From the NCBI GenBank assembly GCA_964452565.1, contig CAYVLY010000001.1, positions 451,053-515,052 on the forward strand: a stretch of DNA of 64,000 nt, in the 5' to 3' direction. The stretch comes from an uncultured Gammaproteobacteria bacterium (lineage in GTDB: Bacteria; Patescibacteriota; Patescibacteriia; UBA9934). How positions within the stretch are numbered: position 1 is the stretch's first letter; each line of letters starts with the position of its first letter. Positions 1-9,815 of this stretch are shown here, in pieces. The position numbers were made by a program, and so were the translations under genes. The notes under the pieces are model-generated. The model was not told the origin of the DNA and did no database searches. It saw nothing but the letters and a program-made list of their open reading frames with translations.

Positions 1-1162
1 TGCCTGTGATTCCTTGTACTACTACTGGGAGGATGGCAATGATTGCTAGGAATGATGCTCCACCAAACAGAATTCGATTTCGTAGCCATCCCAGGTAATC
101 CTCTGTTGGTGCTCCTGGTCGAACTCCTGGAATGAATCCCCCCTGCTTCTGCAAGTTCTCTGCAACCTGATCTGGTCGGAATACTACTGTTGCATAGAAA
201 TATGTAAATCCAAACACCAGCAAGAAGTATACGACTCCATAGAACCAGCTATTTGCAAATGCTTCGATCACAAAGTTTGCAACAGTTTGTACCACTTCTG
301 TCTTTGCCTCAACAAAGAACTGAGCAATAAGCGCTGGGAATACAATGATTGATACTGCAAAGATGATCGGAATCATTCCTCCCAAGTTCACCCGCATTGG
401 CAAGTGAGACTGCACTTTTCGTGATGCTGTTCCTCGAACTCCACGAGCATACTGGATTGGGATATTTCGCTGTCCTTCATTCACTATCACAACTGCCAGG
501 ATTGTTACTACTGTAATAACTAGGAACAAGATAAGGTTAAACAGATCTGCTTGTGTATATGTTGCTGCAACTTGCTGCAAGAATCCAGGGAATCCAGCAA
601 CGATTCCAGCTAAAATCAAGATTGATATACCGTTTCCAACGTTTTTCTCTGTCATTAACTCTCCCAACCACATCAAGAAGATAGTTCCGGCTGTCATTGC
701 TACAAGAGCTGACACAAGTGCAAATCCCTCGATGGCAAATCCGGTTCCAAGTTGCCCACCTTGCTGTCCAATGAGCTGCATAAGAGCAAAACTTTGCACT
801 AGTGCTAATGGAGCTGTTGCCCAGCGTGTCCATCGATTAATCTTCTCTCTTCCCTGCTGGTCTTTCTGCATCTCTTCCATTTGCGGGAAAATCATTCCGA
901 GAAGCTGGAAGATAATTGATGATGTAATGTATGGAGCAATTCCAAGGGCAACGACCGAGAAGTTCTCAAGCGTTCCACCAGAGAACATATTCAAAAGCCC
1001 TAGGAACTGGTTGGAGTTGAGGAAGGCGTCTAGCCCTGCAGCATCAATTCCAGGAACGGTAATATGAGCAGCAACTCGGAAGATGCTAACACAGAGAACT
1101 AAAAACAGCAGGCTGTTACGAAGCTGTTTTATTTTCCAAATTCGACGAACGGTCTCCCACAT
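1..1162 (-). CDS. secY: Preprotein translocase subunit SecY (3' end runs off window)
   Basis: Manual translation from ATG at 1162: MWETVRRIWKIKQLRNSLLF...HITVPGID...NMFSGGTLENFSVVALGIAPYITSSIIFQLL; follows rplO. Absent from ORF track because no stop in window. Confidence 0.97.
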   Translation of the reverse strand, partial: MWETVRRIWKIKQLRNSLLFLVLCVSIFRVAAHITVPGIDAAGLDAFLNSNQFLGLLNMFSGGTLENFSVVALGIAPYITSSIIFQLLGMIFPQMEEMQKDQQGREKINRWTRWATAPLALVQSFALMQLIGQQGGQLGTGFAIEGFALVSALVAMTAGTIFLMWLGELMTEKNVGNGISILILAGIVAGFPGFLQQVAATYTQADLFNLILFLVITVVTILAVVIVNEGQRNIPIQYARGVRGTASRKVQSHLPMRVNLGGMIPIIFAVSIIVFPALIAQFFVEAKTEVVQTVANFVIEAFANSWFYGVVYFLLVFGFTYFYATVVFRPDQVAENLQKQGGFIPGVRPGAPTEDYLGWLRNRILFGGASFLAIIAILPVVVQGITG

Positions 1163-1171
1163 AGAATATTG

Positions 1172-1615
1172 TTATGCCTCTATTTTACCACCAACTGCCA
1201 TTATTTTCTCTGCAGCAGTCTTTGAGACTGCACATTTCTTGATTGTGACAGCTTTTGTAATCTCACCGTTTGCAAGGATCTTTACGTCCTTTGTGGCACT
1301 TCTAATAAGTCCCTTGCTGTGTAATGTCTTTGGTGTTACTACTTCTTTTGCAATATACTTCGCCTCCAAATCGCTTAACCGAACAATCTGTGCATCAGGA
1401 TTTGGTGACTTAAAACCACGCAACTTTGGAGTTGATAGGATTAGTCGGCGCATTCCACGTCGTTTGTGTCCAGAACTTCCTGATCGAGACTTTTGTCCCT
1501 TCATTCCACGTCCAACAGTATGTCCACCTTTGGTAGATCCATATCCGCGACCAACGCGTCGTCTTGATTTTTGTGTACCCTTGTTTGCTTTAAGGGTGTG
1601 CATTGAAAGTGTCAT
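1172..1615 (-). CDS. rplO: 50S ribosomal protein L15
   Basis: RRVGRGYGSTKGGHTVGRGMKGQKSRSG motif; spc operon position. Confidence 0.98.
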   Translation of the reverse strand: MTLSMHTLKANKGTQKSRRRVGRGYGSTKGGHTVGRGMKGQKSRSGSSGHKRRGMRRLILSTPKLRGFKSPNPDAQIVRLSDLEAKYIAKEVVTPKTLHSKGLIRSATKDVKILANGEITKAVTIKKCAVSKTAAEKIMAVGGKIEA

Positions 1616-1620
1616 ACTAT

Positions 1621-2358
1621 TTATTTATCAGCCTTTTTGGGTCCCTCGGCTCCTCGCGCAAGCGCTCGGTCGCTCGGGATGACGGCTTCTGGAATACTAT
1701 TATCCGCAACCGTCACTTTCTTGGATACCTTCTTGGCTTCAGGCTTTTTCTTTGCAGGCCCCTTCACTTCAGGCTTCTGTGTCTTCTGATCTGTTTTCTG
1801 CTTTCTGCTTTCTGCCTTCTTCTGCTCCTTCTTCTCTTCTTCAACGGCCTTTAGCTGCCCAAGCGCAGCAAATGCTGCCTTGGCGTTATTGATTTTATTG
1901 TTTGTTCCAAGAATCTTTGAAACTGCGTTTGGAACTCCAGCCAAAGAAAGAACCATGCGAACAGCACCACCAGACTTAAGTCCAGTTCCCTTTGGAGCAG
2001 GCTTAATGATCACTTTTGCTGCACCAAATTTTGCTTTAACTTCGTATGGGATGGTCTCCTTTGACATTGGAACAGTAATGACGTTCTTCTTTGCCTGTCG
2101 ATATGCCTTTTCAATCGAAATCTGAACGTCAGCTCCCTTTGCAACTCCAACTCCTACGCGACCTTTTCGGTCACCAATTAGAAGACACGTTCGGAAACGC
2201 ATTCGCTTTCCACCCTTTGTCACACGTGTAACGCGTGAGAGCTCTAGAATCTTCTGCTCAAACTCACGTTGCTCACGCTTTTGAAAACGCTTACGACGTC
2301 GTGGCTTTCGAGCACCATGCTTTGCTCCTGGTTTCTTTGTATTCTGTTGATTCATCAT
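1621..2358 (-). CDS. rpsE: 30S ribosomal protein S5 with long K-rich C-terminal extension
   Basis: RVTRVTKGGKRMRF, PAPKGTG, LGTNNKIN; start trimmed to ATG after rplR stop. Confidence 0.98.
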   Translation of the reverse strand: MMNQQNTKKPGAKHGARKPRRRKRFQKREQREFEQKILELSRVTRVTKGGKRMRFRTCLLIGDRKGRVGVGVAKGADVQISIEKAYRQAKKNVITVPMSKETIPYEVKAKFGAAKVIIKPAPKGTGLKSGGAVRMVLSLAGVPNAVSKILGTNNKINNAKAAFAALGQLKAVEEEKKEQKKAESRKQKTDQKTQKPEVKGPAKKKPEAKKVSKKVTVADNSIPEAVIPSDRALARGAEGPKKADK

Positions 2359-2362
2359 AGGA

Positions 2363-2722
2363 TTAGAATTCAAGTCCATTCTCACGTGCTGCGTCAGCCA
2401 ATGACTTTACGCGGCCGTGGTACAAATAAGAACCTCGGTCAAAAACAACCTTTGTTACTCCTGCAGCTGTTGCCTTCTTTGCAACTTCAGCTCCAACAAG
2501 TGCTGCAATCTCAACTGGCTTTTTACCTTTAGCGTCAACATGTGAATCAGCAACAACTGCCAAAACCTTCCCAGTTTCATCGTTAATCACCTGTGCTGAG
2601 ATGTGCTTAAGAGATCGGAACACTGTTAATCGTGGTCGTTCTTGAGTACCTCGAATACGACTACGAGTTCGGTGTGCTCGTCGCAATTTCTTTTCTTGCT
2701 TTTTCTTAATTGGATCCTTCAT
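2363..2722 (-). CDS. rplR: 50S ribosomal protein L18
   Basis: RPRLTVFRSLKHI, VVFDRGSYLYHGRVKSLADAARENGLEF. Confidence 0.98.
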   Translation of the reverse strand: MKDPIKKKQEKKLRRAHRTRSRIRGTQERPRLTVFRSLKHISAQVINDETGKVLAVVADSHVDAKGKKPVEIAALVGAEVAKKATAAGVTKVVFDRGSYLYHGRVKSLADAARENGLEF

Positions 2723-2725
2723 ATG

Positions 2726-3262
2726 CTATTCAGTCTTAGCCGCCTTACCAGCCTTTCGTCGAACAACTTCATCAGTGTATCGAAATCCTTTGCCCTTGTA
2801 AGGCTCTGGCTTTTTAAATGCTCGAATCTCGGCAGTTACTTGACCAACAAGCTGCTTATCGATTCCTGAAATGGTCAAAAGATTTCCATCAATTGTGGCT
2901 TCAATTCCTTCTGGCAAATCATATTCAATCTGATGAGAGAATCCAAGTCGCATCACAAGCTTCTTCCCTTTAACATCCATTCTGAAACCAACTCCATGCA
3001 ATTCTAGAGCTCGAGTCCAGCCCTGTGAAACTCCAAGGATCATGTTTGCGATGTTTGCTCGTGTAGTTCCCCAGATCGCGCTGTCTTGCTCCTTGTCGAC
3101 TGGAGTTGATATCACCTGATTCTCTGCGACCTCGATCTTTACTCGATTCGAGATCTGAGTCTTGAGCTCACCCTTTGGACCTTTTGCAGTTACCTCAAGA
3201 CCCTTAACATCTAGAGTAACGCCATCTGGAAGCTCAATAACCTTTTTTCCGATTCGTGACAT
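2726..3262 (-). CDS. rplF: 50S ribosomal protein L6
   Basis: MSRIGK start, KPEPYKGKG motif. Confidence 0.98.
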   Translation of the reverse strand: MSRIGKKVIELPDGVTLDVKGLEVTAKGPKGELKTQISNRVKIEVAENQVISTPVDKEQDSAIWGTTRANIANMILGVSQGWTRALELHGVGFRMDVKGKKLVMRLGFSHQIEYDLPEGIEATIDGNLLTISGIDKQLVGQVTAEIRAFKKPEPYKGKGFRYTDEVVRRKAGKAAKTE

Positions 3263-3263
3263 A

Positions 3264-3656
3264 TTAGAAGATTTCACAAATTACTTCTCCACCAAGACGT
3301 CGCTTTCGCGCCTCATTGTTTGTCATTAACCCATTTGGTGTTGAAATGATAGCAATACCATGACCTGAGCGTACATATGGTAGCTCTTCTGTCTTTACAT
3401 ACACGCGTCGTCCTGGCTTACTAATACGCTTGATAGACTCAATATTTGATACTCCATCGTCGTACTTTAACTTAAGACGCAACACGGGGTGTTTAAGACC
3501 GTCTGTTCTTTCAACTCCCACAAGGTATCCTGCATTTTCCAATACCTTTGCAAGAGCGAATTTTACTTTTGACATTGGGACATCAACCGTTTGCTTTCGA
3601 ACCATTGAAGCATTACGGATACGTGTCAACATGTCTGAGATTGGATCTGTCATCAT
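3264..3656 (-). CDS. rpsH: 30S ribosomal protein S8
   Basis: TDPISDMLTRIRNA, RISKPGRRVY, GGEVIC. Confidence 0.98.
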   Translation of the reverse strand: MMTDPISDMLTRIRNASMVRKQTVDVPMSKVKFALAKVLENAGYLVGVERTDGLKHPVLRLKLKYDDGVSNIESIKRISKPGRRVYVKTEELPYVRSGHGIAIISTPNGLMTNNEARKRRLGGEVICEIF

Positions 3657-3657
3657 A

Positions 3658-3843
3658 TTACCAACTTGCTTTCTTAATTCCGGGAATCTCACCCTTGTTT
3701 GCTAGCTCTCTAAAACAAATACGACATAGGCCAAATGCGCGCATATATGCTCGGTTACGTCCGCAGCGCCAACATCGGTTCACGTGTCGAGACATGAACT
3801 TAGGTCGTTTTTGTGACTTTACAATTTGATTTCTTGTAGCCAT
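3658..3843 (-). CDS. rpsN: 30S ribosomal protein S14, short Zn-binding (type Z) form
   Basis: 61 aa, CWRCGR...[22 protein letters not shown]. Confidence 0.97.
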   Translation of the reverse strand: MATRNQIVKSQKRPKFMSRHVNRCWRCGRNRAYMRAFGLCRICFRELANKGEIPGIKKASW

Positions 3844-3846
3844 AGA

Positions 3847-4392
3847 CTATTTCGTATTTGTCTTAAATGGGAATCCAAGAGCCTTGAATAGAGCCAATCC
3901 TTCTTCTTGGGTTTCTGCTGATGTGGTTATGTTCACCTGAAGCCCATGCAATTGATCAACCTCATTGGCATTAATCTCAGGAAATGCTGTGTGCTCTTTA
4001 AATCCGTAGTTGAAGTTTCCTGTTGCATCCACTGCTGATTCTGGAATCCCTCTGAAATCTCGGATTCGTGGGAACGTAACGTTAACAAGCTTCTCAACGA
4101 AATCCCACATCCGATTTCCACGCAATGTAACCATTGCTCCAATTGGCATTCCTTCACGGATCTTAAATCCAGCCTCTGACAAACGTGCTTTTGTTTGTAC
4201 AGGCTTTTGACCTGAGACTCGCTCAAGGGTCTCAAGTAACACTTCCATAAACTTTGAATCACGCTTAGTGCTAAGTCCAGTGTTCAATGTTACTTTTTTA
4301 ATCCGCGGTACCTGTAGCGCATGCTTACGCTCCAACTGCTCTTTTAGAGCTGGTACAACAGCTGTCTTGTATGTTTCTTTAAGGCTGCTCAT
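3847..4392 (-). CDS. rplE: 50S ribosomal protein L5
   Basis: SGQKP, FKIREGMPIG, PRIRDFRG. Confidence 0.98.
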   Translation of the reverse strand: MSSLKETYKTAVVPALKEQLERKHALQVPRIKKVTLNTGLSTKRDSKFMEVLLETLERVSGQKPVQTKARLSEAGFKIREGMPIGAMVTLRGNRMWDFVEKLVNVTFPRIRDFRGIPESAVDATGNFNYGFKEHTAFPEINANEVDQLHGLQVNITTSAETQEEGLALFKALGFPFKTNTK

Positions 4393-4393
4393 A

Positions 4394-4711
4394 TTAATCT
4401 AAATCTTGTGTTCCCTTCTTTGTCTTGAGAACTCGTACTTTAACCTTTTTTCCGTTCTTATCAATAAACTTATATCCAACACGTCCTTCTGCATCTTTTC
4501 CTTGAATCTTAACATTTGATGCATGAATAGGAGCTGTGTATTCAACACGCTGACCTGGGGTATTACCACGCTTCTTAAGATGCTTTACAGATTTGTTTAT
4601 TCCCTCAACAACAACCTTGTCGAGCTTAGGAAAAACCTGCAACACCTTTCCGGTCTTACCCTTATCTTTGCCTGCGGTTACCCGCACCATGTCTCCAGTC
4701 TTAATCTTCAT
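4394..4711 (-). CDS. rplX: 50S ribosomal protein L24
   Basis: IKTGDMVRVTAGKDKGKTG KOW motif, PIHASNV. Confidence 0.97.
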   Translation of the reverse strand: MKIKTGDMVRVTAGKDKGKTGKVLQVFPKLDKVVVEGINKSVKHLKKRGNTPGQRVEYTAPIHASNVKIQGKDAEGRVGYKFIDKNGKKVKVRVLKTKKGTQDLD

Positions 4712-4716
4712 AAGCA

Positions 4717-5088
4717 TTACAATACCTCAGGAGCTAGAGAGATAATCTTCGGATATCCAAGTCCTCGCAATTCGCGTGGAACTGGTCCAAAGATACGTGT
4801 TCCCTTTGGCTCTTTTGTTTCTTTGTCTATGATAACTCCAGCGTTTTCATCAAATCGCACATAAGATCCATCTGCTCGTCGCATTTCCTTCTTAGTTCTT
4901 ACAATTACAACATGTACAATGTCACTTTTCTTAACATTGCTATGTGGAACAGCTTCTTTGACTACTGCTGTAACTACGTCACCAATACGTGCGTATCGCT
5001 TTTTGTATCCCCCAAGCACACGAATCACCATAAGCTTTTTAGCTCCAGTGTTATCAGCTACGTTAAATTTTGATAAATGCTGCAACAT
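4717..5088 (-). CDS. rplN: 50S ribosomal protein L14
   Basis: [31 protein letters not shown]. Confidence 0.98.
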   Translation of the reverse strand: MLQHLSKFNVADNTGAKKLMVIRVLGGYKKRYARIGDVVTAVVKEAVPHSNVKKSDIVHVVIVRTKKEMRRADGSYVRFDENAGVIIDKETKEPKGTRIFGPVPRELRGLGYPKIISLAPEVL

Positions 5089-5090
5089 AT

Positions 5091-5339
5091 CTACTTAATA
5101 TCAATAATTCTCCATGACTTATCCTTTGAAAGCGGTCTACACTCTTCGATGACAACCCTATCTCCCACCTTTGCTTTATTTTCCTCATCATGTGCCTTGT
5201 ATCGCTTGCTCTTGGTAAATCGTTTTAGGTACTTTGAGTGTAAAACAGTTCGGTCAATCTCAACAACAGCTGTCTTTTCCATTTTATCTGAGACAACTAC
5301 ACCTATTAATCGACGACGTTTTGATTGTTCCTTTTTCAT
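5091..5339 (-). CDS. rpsQ: 30S ribosomal protein S17
   Basis: [28 protein letters not shown]. Confidence 0.98.
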   Translation of the reverse strand: MKKEQSKRRRLIGVVVSDKMEKTAVVEIDRTVLHSKYLKRFTKSKRYKAHDEENKAKVGDRVVIEECRPLSKDKSWRIIDIK

Positions 5340-5347
5340 AATGAGAT

Positions 5348-5536
5348 TTATTTAGTCACTTCTTGCAAGCGAGTTAGAATGCGTGCAATATTTGCTCGAA
5401 CTTCACGAACCTCGCGAACATCCTTGAGTTGGTTTACAGAAATCTTTGTTCGCAATTCATAAAGACTTGCACGCTCTTCTGCCAAAAGCTTTTGCAGTTC
5501 TTTTTCTGTCTTTTTTTCTAGATCCTTGAATTCCAT
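5348..5536 (-). CDS. rpmC: 50S ribosomal protein L29
   Basis: 62 aa, VRANIARILT; position between rplP and rpsQ. Confidence 0.95.
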   Translation of the reverse strand: MEFKDLEKKTEKELQKLLAEERASLYELRTKISVNQLKDVREVREVRANIARILTRLQEVTK

Positions 5537-5537
5537 A

Positions 5538-5951
5538 CTATTTTCGCGTTACAACTTTGGTTTTCATTGGAAGCTTGTGTGCTGCAAGACGCAATGCCTC
5601 ACGTGCAATATCTTCTTCAACACCATCCATTTCAAACATGACTGTTCCAGCTCGCACAGGTGTCATGTAGTAATCTACTCCCCCCTTTCCTTTTCCCATC
5701 GGAGCTTCAGATCCATGAGATGTTATTGGGTGGTCAGGAAAAATTCTAATCCAGATCTTACCACCACGTTTGACGTAACGAGTCATCGCACGACGCGCAG
5801 CCTCAATCTGACGAGATGTCACCCATGACTCTGTCATTGCCTTCAAGCCATACGCACCAAACGCAACATTAGTCTTTTGCGTTGCAACACGATCACCTTT
5901 TGTGCGTCGCTTGTGCCACTTTCGAAATTTCATCTTTTTTGGAACCAACAT
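5538..5951 (-). CDS. rplP: 50S ribosomal protein L16
   Basis: RQIEAARRA, KIWIRIFPD, MGKGKG, KLP. Confidence 0.98.
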   Translation of the reverse strand: MLVPKKMKFRKWHKRRTKGDRVATQKTNVAFGAYGLKAMTESWVTSRQIEAARRAMTRYVKRGGKIWIRIFPDHPITSHGSEAPMGKGKGGVDYYMTPVRAGTVMFEMDGVEEDIAREALRLAAHKLPMKTKVVTRK

Positions 5952-5963
5952 ATACTTCTATAA

Positions 5964-6653
5964 TTACGCCCGCTTGTTATAACGTGCTGGCCTTGGACCT
6001 TTATCTTCCTCACCCTCAAATACTTCTCCTTTATAAATCCAAACCTTTACACCAATAGCACCATAAATAGTATCTGCCTGAACATGAGAATAGCTAACAT
6101 CAGCACGCAGGTTATGTAGAGGAATACTTCCCTGATGAACTCGCTCCTTTCGGGCGATATCTGCACCATTAAGTCGTCCGCCAACCTGAATCTTCACTCC
6201 CTTTGCTCCTGCCTTCATAACACGCTCCATTGCCATCTTCATTGAACGACGGAACGGGAGGCGTTTTTCAATATCCTGAGCTACCTGTGTTGCTACAACG
6301 TTTGCTGAAAGCGATGGCTGAGAGATTTCTTGAACATTAATCACTAGGTTTACCTTTTTTCCTCGGTAAAACTTCTTCATCATCTTTGATCGTAGATCCT
6401 CAATCCCTGCACCTGAGCGTCCAATTACAACTCCAGGCTTTGCAGCATGTATAGTTGTAGTAATCTTGTTCGCATTGCGATCAATCTCCAGCAGGTCAAT
6501 GCCCGCGTCCTTAAGTTCCTTTCTTAGGAAATCACGAATACGCACATCGTCACTAAGTTGAGCGATGTAATTTTTCTTATTTCCAAACCACTTTGAATCC
6601 CATTTATAAATGGTTGAGAGGCGGAATACTTTTGGATGAATCTTTCGTCCCAT
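5964..6653 (-). CDS. rpsC: 30S ribosomal protein S3
   Basis: MGRKIHP, KPGVVIGRSG, GRLNGADIAR, GVKVWIYKGE. Confidence 0.98.
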   Translation of the reverse strand: MGRKIHPKVFRLSTIYKWDSKWFGNKKNYIAQLSDDVRIRDFLRKELKDAGIDLLEIDRNANKITTTIHAAKPGVVIGRSGAGIEDLRSKMMKKFYRGKKVNLVINVQEISQPSLSANVVATQVAQDIEKRLPFRRSMKMAMERVMKAGAKGVKIQVGGRLNGADIARKERVHQGSIPLHNLRADVSYSHVQADTIYGAIGVKVWIYKGEVFEGEEDKGPRPARYNKRA

Positions 6654-6657
6654 ATAT

Positions 6658-7020
6658 TTACTTGTCTTTTTTTGTAGCTTTTTGCTCCTTAGCTGGACCA
6701 ATCTTTACAGTTATATGCGATGTTCGCTTTCGAATCATAGCTGATCGTCCATGTGCACGAGGCCGGAATCGCTTAATTGTTGGTCCCTCGTCAACCTTAA
6801 TGCTTGCAACCTTATATCCACTAACATCAATAGAGCTGTTATTCTCTGCGTTTGCAATGGCTGAATTTAGGACCTTAAGCACTGGCTTTGCTGCCAACTT
6901 CGGACTAAACTGCAGCTGCTTTTGTGCTTCAACAATTCCAAGACCACGTACTAAATCTACAACGAGTCGTACCTTTCGTGGTGACATGTGAATATATTTT
7001 GCTGTTGCTTGAACTTGCAT
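6658..7020 (-). CDS. rplV: 50S ribosomal protein L22
   Basis: SPRKVRLVVDLVRG, RFRPRAHGRS, KRTSHITV. Confidence 0.98.
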   Translation of the reverse strand: MQVQATAKYIHMSPRKVRLVVDLVRGLGIVEAQKQLQFSPKLAAKPVLKVLNSAIANAENNSSIDVSGYKVASIKVDEGPTIKRFRPRAHGRSAMIRKRTSHITVKIGPAKEQKATKKDK

Positions 7021-7029
7021 ATATTAAAC

Positions 7030-7305
7030 TTATTTCCTTGGAGCCTCAGCTGTCTTTCCACCATGACGGGTGAACTTTCGAGTTGGTGCAAACTCACCCA
7101 ACTTGTGTCCCACCATGTTTTCAACAATGCTTATCTCAATAAATCGCTTTCCATCATGGATCGCAATCACTAATCCAACCATTTCTGGTGTGATTGTTGA
7201 AGAACGCGACCAAGTCTTTATTGGCTTTTTACTTCCTTGACTTGTCTGAACCTTCTTCAATAGAGATGGGTCAACAAATGGACCTTTTTTTAGACTTCTT
7301 GCCAT
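7030..7305 (-). CDS. rpsS: 30S ribosomal protein S19
   Basis: [25 protein letters not shown]. Confidence 0.98.
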   Translation of the reverse strand: MARSLKKGPFVDPSLLKKVQTSQGSKKPIKTWSRSSTITPEMVGLVIAIHDGKRFIEISIVENMVGHKLGEFAPTRKFTRHGGKTAEAPRK

Positions 7306-7308
7306 ATG

Positions 7309-8145
7309 CTACTTTTTCTTGCCCTTTCGTCGTGAAAGGATGAGTTTATCTGACGCCTTCTGTCGGCGAGTTTTAACACCAAGAGCATGCTTTCCAGTAG
7401 GTGTCTTTGGATGAGTCAAACCAATTGGAGAACGTCCCTCTCCACCACCATGAGGGTGATCGCACGGGTTCATAGCCTTACCACGAACAGTTGGTCGCAC
7501 GCTGCGGTGTCGTGTTCGTCCAGCCTTTCCCCATCGGATAAGACGCCAATCTGGGTTTGATACGCTTCCAATTGAACCCATACACTCCTTCAAAACCATT
7601 CGAACTTCTCCTGATGGCATTCGTAGTGTTGCATGCTTTCCTTCAACCGCCATAAGTGTTGCTCCTACTCCCGCCCCACGAACAATCTGTCCACCTTTTC
7701 CAGGCTGCAACTCAATATTGTAAATCTCCATTCCAAGTGGGATGTTCTCAAGAGTGAATCGATTTCCAACCTGTGGCTCACCCTTGTTCTTTGAAGTTAC
7801 GATCTCCATTCCTTTCTTCAGTCCCTTTGGAGCCAAAATGTAACGCTTCTCACCATCTGCATATGCAACAAGAGCGATACGAGCTCCACGGTTTGGATCA
7901 TACTCAATAGTTTGCACAACTGCTGGAACCTCAAACTTATCAAACTTCCAATCAATTACACGTGTGTGGCGCTTTGCACCACCTCCACGATGTCGCACAG
8001 TGATCTTTCCCTTTGTTCGACCAGCCATCTGCTTCTTACTCTTAAGTAGCTTCTTGTGTGGCTTCTTACTGGTGACATCATCAAAAGTCTGCACGCTTGA
8101 TTTGCGGCGTCCTGGAGTTGTTGGTTTGTGTACTCGAATTCCCAT
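7309..8145 (-). CDS. rplB: 50S ribosomal protein L2
   Basis: IEYDPNR, RPTVRGKAMNPCDHPHGGGEG. Confidence 0.99.
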   Translation of the reverse strand: MGIRVHKPTTPGRRKSSVQTFDDVTSKKPHKKLLKSKKQMAGRTKGKITVRHRGGGAKRHTRVIDWKFDKFEVPAVVQTIEYDPNRGARIALVAYADGEKRYILAPKGLKKGMEIVTSKNKGEPQVGNRFTLENIPLGMEIYNIELQPGKGGQIVRGAGVGATLMAVEGKHATLRMPSGEVRMVLKECMGSIGSVSNPDWRLIRWGKAGRTRHRSVRPTVRGKAMNPCDHPHGGGEGRSPIGLTHPKTPTGKHALGVKTRRQKASDKLILSRRKGKKK

Positions 8146-8147
8146 AC

Positions 8148-8579
8148 TTAGATTCCTTCAAAAATATCAATCCTCTTACCCTCTGGAAGAGTAATGAATG
8201 CTTTCTTCCAATCCTTTCGCTTTCCTAACTTTCGACCAAACGCTACACGCTTTCCTCGCATGTTCATCACATTAACTCTAACCGGTACTACACCGTATAG
8301 TTCATTAAATGCATTCTTTATCTCTACTCGATTCGCGTCTCTAGAAACCTCAAATACCATTACATTATTTTCAGAAAGTTGTGCTGTCTTTTCAGTTACC
8401 AATGGGCGTACTAAAACAGTTAACGCCTTCTTTGAGATTCCGCGCTTTTCTTTCTTCGCTGGAGTCTTCTTTGCTGCAGCCGCTTTCTTTGGAGCTTTCT
8501 TCTGAGCTTTTGGTTTTTCCTGCTTTTTTTCTTCAGGCTTTACCTCTTGCTCTTTCTTTTTCTTCTTTAACAAAGCCAT
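8148..8579 (-). CDS. rplW: 50S ribosomal protein L23 with K/A-rich N-terminal extension
   Basis: PLVTEKT, WKKAFITL; ~50-aa low-complexity N-terminus. Confidence 0.95.
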   Translation of the reverse strand: MALLKKKKKEQEVKPEEKKQEKPKAQKKAPKKAAAAKKTPAKKEKRGISKKALTVLVRPLVTEKTAQLSENNVMVFEVSRDANRVEIKNAFNELYGVVPVRVNVMNMRGKRVAFGRKLGKRKDWKKAFITLPEGKRIDIFEGI

Positions 8580-8580
8580 A

Positions 8581-9207
8581 TTATGAATATACTTCAATCA
8601 TTTTCTCAACTGCGCCCTTTGATGCAATTACGTACTGATACTTGAGCAAGTCTCGCACATTTAAACTATGAGCTGCAAGTGAACCTGTTTTTGGCAGATT
8701 TCGCGCTGCTCGAACTACAGCTTTATCTTCACTTCCTGAAACAATAACAGCTGACTTGTCTGCGCCGGGCAATGCCTTTCGCATCTTAGCGACCTTACTT
8801 GTTGCTCCATCTGTATCAAACTGATCAACAACTATTAGTAGTCCGGATGCAACCTTGTCAGACAATACTGCAATCAAAGCTTTTCGCTTTACCTTTTTGT
8901 TTATCTTCATTCCAAAATTTCGCAACTTGGTTGGACCAAAGGTAATACCTCCACCAATCCAAATCGGTGATCGTCGGGATCCATGTCGAGCACGTCCAGT
9001 TCCTTTCTGCTTCCAAGGCTTTCGTCCACCTCCACGCACTTCACTTCGATCCTTTGTATTTGCGTATGTTTCTCGAGTGTTTGCTTCTTGAATACGCAAA
9101 GCCTCAGAAACAATATTTGAATCTACCTGCGCCGCAAATAAGTGGCCAGGCAACTCCATTGTTCCTGTCTTAGATCCATCGATCTTGTATATATCTACTT
9201 TTGCCAT
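8581..9207 (-). CDS. rplD: 50S ribosomal protein L4
   Basis: RSEVRGGGRKPWKQKGTGRARHGS. Confidence 0.98.
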   Translation of the reverse strand: MAKVDIYKIDGSKTGTMELPGHLFAAQVDSNIVSEALRIQEANTRETYANTKDRSEVRGGGRKPWKQKGTGRARHGSRRSPIWIGGGITFGPTKLRNFGMKINKKVKRKALIAVLSDKVASGLLIVVDQFDTDGATSKVAKMRKALPGADKSAVIVSGSEDKAVVRAARNLPKTGSLAAHSLNVRDLLKYQYVIASKGAVEKMIEVYS

Positions 9208-9815
9208 ATATCTCCGTCAGTTCCAATTATTTGAATGATGCTTCCACGACTTCCAGGAATCGCACCCTTGATTGCAAGAGTTCCGTCTTTTTCGTTAACC
9301 TGTACAACTTCTAAATTCTTTACTGTTACTCGATCTCCACCCATGCGTCCTGCCATACGAACTCCCTTAAACACCTTTTGTGGTCCACCGGCTCCAATAG
9401 AACCGGGCATTCGCAACTGATCTTTATGTCCATGAGACGCTGGGCTTCCATGGAATCCGTGGCGTTTTACAACTCCTTGGAATCCTTTTCCTTTCGAAAC
9501 CCCTATCGCATCAACCATGTCTCCCTGCTCAAATACAGAAAGGTTGATTGTATCTCCTTTTTTAAATTCCTCCCCTTCCGGAAGCTTGATCTCACAAACA
9601 TGTGCAAAAGATCCTAGACCTTCCCATTGCTTCTGCTGTGGCTTTGCAAGATTCTTCTTATTTCCAAAACCAACTACAACCGCTTTTCTATCTTGATACT
9701 CGCGAACCTCAATAACTGTACAAGGTCCTGCTTGCACAAGAGTGACAGGTACGACTGTTCCATCGTCTTTAAACACCTGTGTCATCTCGATTTTTTTTCC
9801 GATGATGGCTTTCAT
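9195..9815 (-). CDS. rplC: 50S ribosomal protein L3
   Basis: SKGKGFQGVVKRH, RMPGSIG, MAGRMG. Confidence 0.98.
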   Translation of the reverse strand: MKAIIGKKIEMTQVFKDDGTVVPVTLVQAGPCTVIEVREYQDRKAVVVGFGNKKNLAKPQQKQWEGLGSFAHVCEIKLPEGEEFKKGDTINLSVFEQGDMVDAIGVSKGKGFQGVVKRHGFHGSPASHGHKDQLRMPGSIGAGGPQKVFKGVRMAGRMGGDRVTVKNLEVVQVNEKDGTLAIKGAIPGSRGSIIQIIGTDGDIWQK

